From Macrostomum lignano (lineage: Eukaryota): a stretch of DNA of 64,000 bases. The notes under the pieces are model-generated. The model worked only from the letters and a program-made list of their open reading frames with translations. It was not told the DNA's origin and ran no database searches. Positions within the stretch are counted from its first letter, which is position 1; every line of letters starts with the position of its first letter. This document shows, piece after piece, positions 12,771 to 24,620 of the stretch. Made by a program: the position numbers and the translations under genes. The stretch spans positions 118,183 through 182,182 of the forward strand of contig NIVC01002340.1 in the NCBI GenBank assembly GCA_002269645.1, written 5' to 3'.

Positions 12771-13966
12771 AGCCTTTAAGGCTTAAGATCATTCAATCAG
12801 GTCAGTCTGCTTGACTTATAATTAGAGAAATATATAGAATTTTTTTTTTAAACTTGCTGCCCTATCTACTTTTAGTAGCAAAATGAACAAAGCGCTAAGC
12901 TGAATACTTGATAGAAACCAGAAATATATATAAGCTTCTAAAAAATCATGTAATTAAACTTATAACAAAGCAGTTGTCTTAAGCAACATGTTGTTTAAAG
13001 TGGTAACTGTCAAAAGAGGACTGATTAACAAGCGGGTTTTATTAACACAGTCAAGCTGTAAATAAACTGACTTTAAAGACAATAGCTGAGATTACAGAGG
13101 GAAGCCGGAATCGGGTACAAATCCAAACCAATCTCGCATTTCCTAATTAGAATGCAATTAAACACAAAGAGGCAGGCGTACGTCTTGTATTAGTAAGAAG
13201 CTGCATAAAAAACATGTTACACTTGTAAGTAAAAAAATCGAGTGTGGAGAACAAGCTGGTGGAATTAGTGAAAAAACTCAGGTAAAAATTAAAGCTGTCG
13301 TTTCAAAAATGCTGCACAAAATGATCCAGAAAGAAGAAAGTTACAGAAGTTAATGATTAAACCAAGTTACTGTGGAAAACAAGGGTAAAAAGCTTTAGTT
13401 TGTATCAATTACAGTGTTAGCAATTGAATATAAAATAAACTACATGTAGGAATGCTAGAATTCAAGCTTTTTGTGTGAATTAGGGCTCAAGTAGCTAATG
13501 TATCTCGAGTGAGTTAGAGCTCAATGAGCAATGGATATCGATTCTAGCATCCCCTATGTTGGACAATTAAACGGCCTACAATTTCGCATTATGTATATCG
13601 ATTTTAACAAATGTAATTTTCGAGTAGTTCGACTGCAAGGCAAGTTATGAGTAGGCAAATATTGGAAAGATCAAGTTGACTTTTGCTTCCGGCTGAAGCT
13701 TTCGTGTACGGTCATATCTATCTGTGTTTCACCAATAGTAATGATGGCCAACCCCCCGAGACACGGAGTGTGTACAAGACAATAAGAAAGTCAGGGCGGC
13801 TGTACACCCTTCAAGAGCCAATAACTTGGCTGAGGGGTCAAGTACATTCCAAAGAATCTCACGAACTACAAAACCATTGGGGAATTCAAATGTAAATTGA
13901 CTTATAAAGGAATATTCTTATGCAAAATCTAAAATTGGATGCAAAATCTAAATTGATGCGTCATAT

Positions 13967-15967
13967 TCACACCTGCACGCTAAATATGGTAAACAACGGA
14001 TGACAATAAACGCCAGTCAGGTTGTACTTTAACGAATTAAGCCCATCCGAAGTCATTCGCCGTCTAACAGCGCTAACAGACGGCCAAGGCATACTATTCA
14101 CCTTAATATCGTCGGCGTGCTTCAAATTCACATACTTGGCACTTTGGTCCGAATAGGCGACTCGCCAATGCTTGATCCGCAACCTGACCGACAGTTCGTC
14201 GTCCTCCCGACCCCAGCCGTAGTAGAGATTCGAATTGCCATTCACCGATTCGAATTGCCGCTTAGTTACAGCTACGACGCCGCCGAAAAAATTGTGATAC
14301 ATCTTGCCCGGTGAGTATTTCCTGCTGGCCAAATTCAACAGGCGGCCAATGAGGTGGCGCGGCCTGCTTCGGCTACAGGAGTAGTCGACTAGCAGAGACT
14401 CAGGCAGCTTGTCGGCGTCGTGAAAGACGAAACAGTCACACGAATGGTAGCTGAATGGGTAGGAAGGCGGGGTAGAGGGGTTAGCGCCAGTTTTGTTACT
14501 CTCACTAAGGTAACAGAAAAGTTATACCAGCAGGTGCGATTACGAGCTACAGAGAAGATTGGATAATGCGAGACATCAGGTGTGAGAAAATGTAGAACTC
14601 AGGTGTGGGGAAATGTAGAACTCAGGTGTGGGGAAATGTGGAACTCAGGTGTGGGGAAATGTGGAACTCAGGTGTGGGGAAATGTAGAACTCAGGTGTGA
14701 GAAAATGTAGAACTCAGGTGTGGGGAAATGTGGAACTCAGGTGTGGGGAAATGTAGAACTCAGGTGTGGGGAAATGTAGAACTCAGGTGTGGGGAAATGT
14801 AGAACTCAGGTGTGGGGAAATGTAGAACTCAGGTGTGGGGAAATGTGGAACTCAGGTGTGGAGAAATGTAGAACTCAGGTGTGGGGAAATGTAGAACTCA
14901 GGTGTGGGGAAATGTGAAAGTCAGGTGTGGGGAAATGTGGAACTCAGATGTGGGGAAATGTGGAACTCAGGTGTGGGGAAATGTGGAACTCAGGTGTGGG
15001 GAAATGTGGAACTCAGATGTGGGGAAATGTGGAACTCAGGTGTGGGGAAATGTGAAATTCAGGTGTGGGGAAATGTGGAACTCAGATGTGGGCAAATATG
15101 GAACGCAGGTATGGTAAAACGTTGGAGTCAAGTGTGGGGAAAAGGGGGAAGCTAGATGTGGTGGTGAAAGCTAAGTTTGGAGAGGGATGAAAGTTGGATG
15201 TGGTAAAAAAGTGGAAACCAGGTTGGGACAGGGCCTGGTCAAACCAGGTGTGACAGAGTCAGATCAAACATAGCACGGGACAGGCTGATCAAATCAGGTG
15301 TTGGACAGGGTAGAAGCCAGGTTCTAGACGCAAACATACATACAAACTTTTCAGGTACTACTAGAACTCACTTTTGCGACAATTTGAATCCAATATTAAG
15401 CAACTTGGCCCGATTAAATGGCAGCTGATCATTCTGTTCAACTACGAAGATGCCATGATTAATAGCCTGTCGTTGAAGCAGATTGTGCAAGTGTTGGACT
15501 AACAGCAGCAGATTCACTAGTCGATTACGGTAAGGCACAATAACTGCTACGCAGGCGGTTGCAGCACCGCAGGCGGGCGGTGCCAGCCAAAAGCCGCAGC
15601 GCAACCTACCAAAGTCTACGGGCTTCGGACAGGTGGAATTCAAATCGGCCAGAGTCAGTGGAACGCAGAGACGATTCGAGGCTTGACTATCAGATCTAGG
15701 ACAGCTAGCAGGATCCGGACTGCTGTTATTTCTGCCAAGATAACCTGACAATGGCATCAGGCCATTGACTTCATTGATCAGAGATACATTATTAGAACTA
15801 ATAGGCGTGTCAAAATTTGACAAATTCAATAATGAACTGCCAATTGTGAGCAATTTCGGCACAGTAGAATAGTAGTTAGAAAGCTGATATGTGCTAAATG
15901 TGAGCAGAGCGCACAGCGTCACTGTTAGCTGGAACACTGCTGCATAGTTGCACACTCTGCCAGTCAT
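13967..15967 (-). CDS. GT7 family beta-1,4-galactosyl/GalNAc-transferase-like type II membrane protein, 2 coding exons
   Basis: Exons 15967-15372 and 14450-13967 (phase 2, GT-AG). N-terminal TM, VAVIVPYRNR, VVEQ...FNRAKLLNIGF, CFVFHDAD (DxD), FFGGV, VNG.SN.YYGWGREDDEL, DGLNSLKY. Confidence 0.93.
14576..15120. repeat. Minisatellite, 23-bp unit aggtgtggggaaatgtagaactc, in the GT7 gene intron
   Basis: Directly visible tandem array. Confidence 0.95.
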
Positions 15968-16374
15968 TTTGACTTGGCTTGCTGTTGTATATGAGACAGG
16001 TCTGCCATTAATTAATTCAATTCAGGAAAAATAAATTAAGGTATACGCTTGTAGACTGACTATATGCACAACCATATTTTTCATTTGGTTGTAACAACCA
16101 GACTATTATTGAAAGTAGGTTTATCTAGGTTTAGAAACTTGGTTTACCCTAGACCTAATCAATAGCCTCAATCTAGAAATTTTGAGCTAAATCAACCTAA
16201 ATAGAGTACAAGCAGCTGCAAGAAGCCTGAGAACATAAAATTTGACTTTGCTTAGTGAGTGATATGCAACCATATAATATCTAGAAGAGATTAAACAACA
16301 TTTGTTATTTTATACCAATAAATAAGCTAACATTTTAATCACTTGCAAGTTAAAAAGTTTTTCAATTATATTTG

Positions 16375-16545
16375 GGGCTATAGCTCTGTGGTCTGGTGCA
16401 ACACTAGGATGTACCAGTGGCCTAAGCTTGATTCAAAGTAGAGTCAAATTAATTTGGAACTAAATTGGAATCTTGTCTTGACTTGGCTCATGCAATTTTA
16501 GCCTGTGAGGGCTAACTGCCAAGAAAGCCATTGAGCCAAACAAAT
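16375..16545 (+). mobile_element. Heavily decayed copy of SINE family A (CpGs converted to TpG/CpA)
   Basis: tagctctgtggtctggtgcaacactaggatgtaccagtggcctaagcttgattcaaagt aligns with tagcccagcggtctggcgcggcgctctgatgtgccagcgggccaggctcgattccaagt from the 3601-3876 copy. Confidence 0.75.
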
Positions 16546-17669
16546 GAATACACATTGAATTGAATGAATACACATAACTGATGCACAATAAAACAAAAAT
16601 TGATTTAATGCACAAAATTCTAGGCATACTGTAATGGTACTATGCACAGCATTCAATAGTTAAAGTTTTAGCTGGGTTTAACAAAAATCATATATATATT
16701 TAATTATATACTTATTTGAATTATTAGTTAATAATAGCTTTATACTCTTTTACCAAGAATAAAACAGATTTTTTTTGTTTTATTTGCTTTGCTACTTCGA
16801 GTAATATACATAGCAATATACTTAGTATGTAGTAGCAAGACATAGAATAGAACACAGCTAACAAGATGACTGCTTAACATATTACCCACCTAGATACCAT
16901 AGTCAGGATCATATTATATATAGGTACCAGAAGTTACCCAAAAATATTTTTGATTGTGCGCCAAGCATCCTAGGCAAAACACACTAGTGTGCCACTGGTT
17001 GTCTAAATTTTTTTGCCCCTAGCTTACTCCAGCATTGATAGAAACATTTATATAAACTAAAAAATTACAAACATTTTCTTGGTAAAGCTGCTATCCTTTA
17101 TATATTTATGAGTGCAATGTATTTGCAAAAGAATTGGTAAACTATGTACTTACAACTTTATAGTACATTAGTTATATCATTATTTTTTAGATACTTAAAT
17201 TTTTATAACTTAAACATTTTTAAGTGCTTTTTTGCCAGTGCCAGGCTTTTGCTACTATTACTATTTCAATGTCTTTAAAAAAAATCCATTTGATATCTTA
17301 ATGAGAAAGGCCAAGGGGGCTATCCAAGATGACCAAGAATAGAATAGTAGCAAAGAGAAAGACCAAGACCAATGTGTGTCAGTGACTGCAACTGCAACTA
17401 TCACTAATAGCCAGATAGCAATGCAAGACTGCCCAAAGTATTCACTACTGTGTGCCATATCTAGCCACAAATAAAAAATTAAAACATTGTTCAATTGTAT
17501 AAAATGATGACTATCATAAAAAATGTCACTTAGAAAAGTAAATAAAAATATTTGTTTACATTCTCAATCTGTAAGAAGTATGAAATAAATGTGAAAAAAC
17601 TTCTTAGGCTCATTTTTTCTTTTACAATGCTAACTACAAGTACTAAAATATTCCCATTGCAGCCTTCTA

Positions 17670-17960
17670 TGGTGCTTTCTGACTAGCAGCCACAGTAGCA
17701 TTCTGTGGTACCTTTTGACCAGCAGCTAGAAAAGCTCTGTGGTACTTTCTAACTAGCAGGCATAATAACTTTATGTGGTACCTTCTGACAACTAGCCATA
17801 AGAGCTCTCTATTATACTTTCTGACTAGCAACTGTAGTAGCCCTCTATGGTACTTTCTGACTAGCAGCTACAAAAGCCTTCTGTGGTGCTTTCTAACTAG
17901 CAACTGCAGCAGCCCTCCATTGTGCTTCTTGACCAGCAGCTGCTGCAATACTCAGTGATA
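17670..17960. repeat. Degenerate ~36-bp tandem repeat (ctgtggtactttctgactagcagc...)
   Basis: About 8 diverged units are visible. Confidence 0.7.
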
Positions 17961-20900
17961 TCTTAGGACCAGCAGCACTTGTCACTTTTTGTAGACTAGC
18001 AGCCATATGATAGTATAATATTAGTTCCAAGAGTGCAACAACATTTGCATGTTTTCATAGGTAGCTTCAAAGTTTCATAAGCTTCAAAGCTCCAATGTTG
18101 ACTCCTATTGTCCCATGTGATAAGCCCCTTCACACTTCAAAATTTAATTTTGAGGACAAATGCAAACAAAAACTAAACAATGCAGTGAAATTGTTTTCCA
18201 AGTTGGTATTAACAAAGACAAAGGTGAATTCTGACTCTTGGCAAGCCAATTATCAATGCCAAAAATATGGTGTCGAACTAATAGCCTGTGAGTTTAATAT
18301 GGCTATACCTAATAATGAAGACACTATTCTATGCTGCGAGCCCTATTTGCACCCAAAAGTGGTAAAGCAACTTAACCAGCTCCCACTAAATTATACATTG
18401 TGCAAGCTCACAGCATCATGTAATTCTTGTTTTATATCATTCTATTGCACTTAATTAAGAAGTTTAAAAACTTTTGAACTATTTTATTGTTTTAACAATT
18501 AGCAGATCTTATACTTATAGAAATTATAACCCATAGACAAATAAGCAATACTTTTTATACTATTTCTGCCTTGTCCCTATCTTTAGGAATCATAATTCTA
18601 TTTGCAGCATTTTGATTAGCTATTGGATCACACTTGAAAAGATAAACAAACTACTTGCTGATGGCCCAAAATTTTCACAACTCTATTACACTATAGCACA
18701 ACATCCCATCAATAGTAAAGAGACAAATCAGGCTGCTATAGACAAGCTCAATACAAAGAAAAGTCTGCTCTAGCACAAGTTAGCCATTGTTTGCAATTTA
18801 TTAATATGTACTATAGAAAACATGGAAATTGCTTTTGGTGGGTGTCACTATGAGACTCTAATGTCATTACTCACCACATATAGTGCTAACATTAGTAATA
18901 TCTGTCATGGTTGGGTTTTAATGCTAAGTATTCTAGCTCAATAAAAATGGTACATATTTAGTTTGAGTTATTGCTATCTATATTAACATTAATATAATTT
19001 ATAATATTGTACTAAAACTATGCCAACCTTTTCTATCTATCAGTTTGCCACCAAATTTCTGTTTTATTTGTGATAAGAACACTGCAAGTAAGGCAGAAAA
19101 TGGTTTTACTTTTAGAGTGATATAGTTAACTTACTAGTAAGTAGCAACTAATTCCCCTTCCAATTTCTCATGTTATGCTTTTAATATCTACTATTATACT
19201 GCTAAGATGTTTTTATTGGGTATGAGACATTTGATATTCCTGATAGATACAACTCTGGATATTCATTTAGGTTGTATTGGAGTCAAATGTGCAAGTCATC
19301 ACAACCTTTATAGCCTAGCAGTTTCTCATCTTAGCAATGAACCAATGGGATATAATTGAAAAATCCTATAGTGCATTCCATGTAGCCTTTCAAGCTGAAA
19401 ATCCTTAGGGCAAGATTTATGAGCAGTTACGGTGCCAGACATTTAGAAGCAATTTTGTTTTCAATCTCCTATGCCTTTTCAATCTTCTGGCACCAGTGCA
19501 AGTATTGATGACTCTTGTCTCTTATATAGGACACCTAGTAACTACACTGGAAGGTGGTCACCCTCTAGGAAGAAGTTGCTAAGCTTTTCACATGTGGTCC
19601 AAGGGTTTTTGCAAATATTACCCATAGTATGATCATTGTGTTAATGACATTGAACTTGGTGGCCAGTTCAAAGGTGCACCTTTGCTTAAAGGTTGGCTAA
19701 TTGAGTTGATATAGTCTAATGGTGTCAGTGCAACTTAATAGACTGATAATGAAGCCTATCAGTATTTTCAAAAGCTACTACTAGTCAATTGGGTAATATG
19801 CAAGCAAGAAGCAAGAAATGAATCCAATGGTCCTTATAATAAAATACTTTTTTATTTTTTCTATAATAGAAATTTAATGCCATTTGAATTTTATTTTCCA
19901 ATGTGCAATTTCTAAGATACCAAAGTAGCCAGAATTTTAAATGCATATAAAAAATGTATACTTATATTTCTTTTAGAGGTGATTGTTAAATTGTTCTATT
20001 CAACCATGCACTCTTAGCAATAGCAGGATGACTGAAAAATAGCATATTGGAGCTATAAACAAAGATTTAATATATTTTGCTACTAGTTAATAATGATTTA
20101 TGCAAAAAGTTCCTAGACAAAGCCACCCCAATCTATCTATTTTGCTAGAGATCTGCCATAGGGAGTCTAGCCATATTAGAATTCTTTTGTCAAAGACAGA
20201 TGGCTTAATATTGTACAATGTCAATAAAGTTGTTGATAGGCAAAATCCCTTGAAATTGCACTTTTTTATATTGGTTGGTCTACAACTGTTAACATAAAAT
20301 AAAAGTATATTATAAACAAAAATTATTAATGATTTTTACATTATTATTGATTGATAAACTTATACATATATTGATTGATTCTAGCTAGTCTTTAGGCCTT
20401 GTTCTGTCACTAATTTTTATTGGTTTAGAGCTTTTGCATAAGATATTATATATTATATAATATTATTATACTATATAGCAATGGCATATATTGGTATATA
20501 CAAAAAATGTGTTATTTTTTCTAGGGTATATATATAAATAGTGTTTCAAACTATAATATTGTTTTAGTAGATAAAATTAGGCTTTTCTCTATCTATTATT
20601 GTGGATTTAATTTTATCTTATTATCCTATTAATTAAAGGTATTAATTGCAGAACTATCTTTGGTTCTTGGTAGGGCAAGAAGCCAATAGGGTAAGATCTT
20701 ATCAACCAAACAAGGGATCTTCAAAACCCAAGTGACTTTTGTTTTTACTGTCTTATGGGGAATATATTTCAAGAGTCTATAAAAGTGACATATCATTTGA
20801 AAGAAGACATTCTCATCTAAAAAATGAGATAAAGTTTAGAGAATCTACTTGATAGATACTTAAGAAAATTAGCATTTTTGATAGAAATTATTAAAGAAAT

Positions 20901-23712
20901 ACGCATTTCAGAGTTTTTTCTTGATTTGGGATGTCTGCAGAAGAATTGGTCTACAGACGACAATTTTTAACTTACATTCAAAACAAAACACTTTTTAAAT
21001 TCAGTGTTAAATTTTCTACAAAGTAATATAACACACATACCAATCTGATATATAGTTAAGCAGAAAACGCCAGTGTTTGGTTGATGATACCAAATTGCAT
21101 GTTTGGTTTGGTTTTCAGATTTCAGAATCATCAACCTAACAGAAGAATCTTTAAAACTGAACGAACAAAAATTGTCCAAAAAAACTTATTTCTTGCTTGC
21201 TTCTTCTAGGCCTAGCCTAATAGTTATTAATAGTCATTGATAGCTATTTTTAGCAATCATATATAGATTGATAAATCTATAGATCCAAATAAAGTAAAAA
21301 AATTATACTAAAGCTGTTTAACTTTAAAAATATTTGCTTAAGAGAGCTTTTTTTAATTTTAACTAGACTAGGCCTATAATAGATTAATATATAGCTATAG
21401 GGTTATGTTTAAGACAATATCTTATTTTAAAGCAATAAAGCCATAGGCCTACCCAAAAAGGTGTATATTATACCTGGATGGAATTCTTGCAGAAAAATCA
21501 CAACGCGTTATGCGATTGGGCGAAAAAAATGCGATTTTGTGTAAAAAAAATCAGGAAAAAATGTCTCGCAGAATTTCAGACAAAATTGCTAATTCTTAAT
21601 ATATGCAAAAGTGCGCTTGAGATATTGGATTTTGCTAAAGATAATCCTACTAGCTAAGATCACGAAGAAAAAAGAATAAAAAGTAAAAACTAAATAAGGC
21701 ACAAAAGTAAAAATTCGAAAAAATTCTATAAAAAGTAGAAACTCGTAACATTCTCTAACATACGTATTTGGACGAAAATTCAAATCACTACATTTTCTTA
21801 GAATGCATTTTTCGTTATTGTCTTATTGATTACTTTTTTAGATGAACATACACAGTACACTACACTGTTACATGTAGTTGTGGAATTTTGCTTCACGTTT
21901 TTAAACTTTATTGCTATACATTATAATACAAACAATTTCAAACAATGAACATTGACAAGTCAATGTGTCGATGACATGAAGGAACTTTGTCAAATAAATA
22001 TCCATACAAATACAATTATGCGACTATTCCATTCCATATGCGATGTGTCCCGTCTTAGCTCTCATTGGAGTCATTGCTCATCCCTAGAACATATTGTCAC
22101 TGAGATATTGACTCTATGGACTATGCTGCGCTGCACTACTAGGTCTTAACCACTTTTCTATCCCTTATGGCTATATTATATAAAATTTTCATATATACAA
22201 TAGTCAATACAAAATAAAATATGTTACATTTATAATAGGTGTACTTGAAACCTGAAGCTTGAACACAATAGCTAGTTTCAATGAAAGAATCAAATCCAAT
22301 GTTTATTGTTTGTTATGATTACAACTCAATTTTTTTATCAGTGACCATATCCATATGATTATTTGAAGTCTGATCTAGTCTTCTAGTTTAGTCTAGAAAA
22401 GTCTAGTAAAAAATTAATAATGTAATGTATTGTTGGTTTTTAGATAGGCATTAGAAGTAGATAAGATAATTACTACTGTGATACCAGATATAGTTTGTAA
22501 TGCAAGTTTAAATATTTTTTCAGTGTCACTAAAATTTCATTCTGTTAGCTTTTCAGATATTCAATGAAACTATAGTTGTGACTATCAGCCTTAATAAAAT
22601 GTCTGATTTGACACCAAGTCCACAACAAGACAATGCTCTTATGAGTGTAAGGCAAGAGTCTAATTCTGAAGACTCTGATGACTTGACTGTTATTGAACAA
22701 ACTGCACAAACAAGTAAGACTGCTACTACTGGCAATGCTTCAGCCCAATTTAGTTTTAGTAAGTGTATTATTGCTATTACAGTGTTTTTTTTATATATTA
22801 ATGTACTGTTTTGTGGAATAATTATATTGTCATAAAAATTGAAAATTTTTTATAGATAGCTGGAGAACTTCTGCTTCTACTACAACTAGTTCTAGTACTA
22901 GTACAAGGCCAAGTGCTAGTACTTCTGGCTTAGCCTCAGCTGTACAAAATCTACCAGAGCAAGAGGTAGAAAGCACTCTTGCAGATCTAGAAGCAAAAGC
23001 TGGTGCTTTTATTTGCAAAGAGTGCTACCAGATGAAAAAGGTAAGAATTATTTTGTTAAAATAGTAGTATAGCTTACTGTTTTGATATACTGGTCATCCT
23101 CATTCTGAGGGTCTGGTTATAGTTTTCCCTCTAAAGTATTAACAAAGTAACTATATTGCTTTAGAAACATTTGCCTCTTTTCTACCCATTAAACAGTACC
23201 ACTGGGTCAGCAAAGAGGCCGATCGAAAGCGCCATATTCAGTCTCGAAGCCACACTGCCCCAACTTGCACTTTGCTGCAAAACTCTTCTGCTGCTGCTAG
23301 AAAGTTTGTGACAGGTTTGTTTTGATACTACTATGCATTCATTTCAATCTTATATACTAAAGTTGAGTTTGTTTGTTTGTTTGTTTGCTTGTAACAGAAA
23401 ATCTTGCGAACGGAATGACCGATTTTCTCCGTTTTTGCACCATTAGATGGCAAATTGTCCGGAATCGGTACACGTATTTTTAATAAGCTATCCAAATTAA
23501 AGAGGCCTCTCAATTGTCAGAAAACAGGTTTTTGCCCATCTCGCTAATGTATTTTTTCGGCAGTGAGAGCTTGCAAACGGTTTTGGCCATAGATTATAAT
23601 GCTAATAGCTGTAGGCTGCTTGGTTTTTATGTAGCCCACTGCTTCCTTTCCTTCTTTCTTTTCTTTGGTTTTTGAACCCTCTAATAGTGCTTTATCTATT
23701 TAGCCCCACTGT

Positions 23713-24273
23713 ATGATGGTGCGCCGTGGCGCAAGCCATTTGAAGAGAAGCCGTGACGCAAAGAAAAGACGACTGGCCGAGTCTGCTGGAGAGCGCGATG
23801 CCCGTCTGGAAGAGCAGCGGCGGCGAGACGCCGAGTGCCGCACTGTTGAAGACGAGGCTGAGCGGTTTGCCCGTCTGGAGGAACAGCGGCAGAGACAGGC
23901 TGAATGTCGCGTTGCTGAAGACGAGGCTGAGCGGTTTGCCCGTCTGGAGGAACAGCAGCAGAGACAGGCTGAATGTCGCGTTGCTGAAGACGAGGCTGAG
24001 CGGATTGCCCGTCTGGAGGAACAGCGGCAGAGACAGGCTGAGTGTCGCGTTGCTGAAGACGAGGCTGAGCGGATTGCCCGTCTGGAGGAACAGCGGCAGA
24101 GACAGGCTTTGTTTCGCGCTGCTGAAGACGAGGCTGAGCGGATTGCCCATCTGGAGGAACAGCGGCAGAGACAGGCTGAGTTTCGCGCTGCTGAGGACGA
24201 GGCTGAGCGGATTACCCGTCTAGAAGAGCAGCGGCAGAGACAGGCTGATTGTCGGCGCGGTGAATCTGTATAA
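23713..24273 (+). CDS. Helitron-borne 186-aa ORF of seven 23-aa STPR-like repeats (EDEAERIARLEEQRQRQAECRVA)
   Basis: 69-bp nucleotide period with an open frame from ATG 23713 to TAA 24273. The E..ER..RL...R.R pattern of 23-residue repeats is the STPR signature found at Helitron RepHel N-termini (established knowledge). Confidence 0.7.
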   Translation: MMVRRGASHLKRSRDAKKRRLAESAGERDARLEEQRRRDAECRTVEDEAERFARLEEQRQRQAECRVAEDEAERFARLEEQQQRQAECRVAEDEAERIARLEEQRQRQAECRVAEDEAERIARLEEQRQRQALFRAAEDEAERIAHLEEQRQRQAEFRAAEDEAERITRLEEQRQRQADCRRGESV

Positions 24274-24299
24274 CTGCGAGAGTATCGCTCAGTGGACAG

Positions 24300-24620
24300 C
24301 GTGGACAGTGTCAAGGCCTACTGGGGGAATTGTGAGAAGTCAAGACTTACTGGAGGAATTACTGAGATTTCAAGGCTTACTGGGTGGAATTGCTGAGTTT
24401 TCAAGGCTTAATGGGGGAATTACTGAGATGTCAAGGCTTACTTGGGGGAATTGCTGAGTTTTCAAGGCCTACTGGGGAATTGTGAGAAGTCAAGACTTAC
24501 TGGAGGAATTACTGAGATTTCAAGGCTTACTGGGGGAATTGCTGAATTGTCAAGGTTTACTGGGGGAATTACTGAGATGTCAAGGCTTACTGGGGAAATT
24601 ATTGAGATGTCATCAAGGCT
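24300..24620. repeat. ~30-bp minisatellite (gggggaattactgagatgtcaaggcttact) inside the Helitron
   Basis: Directly visible. Confidence 0.85.
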
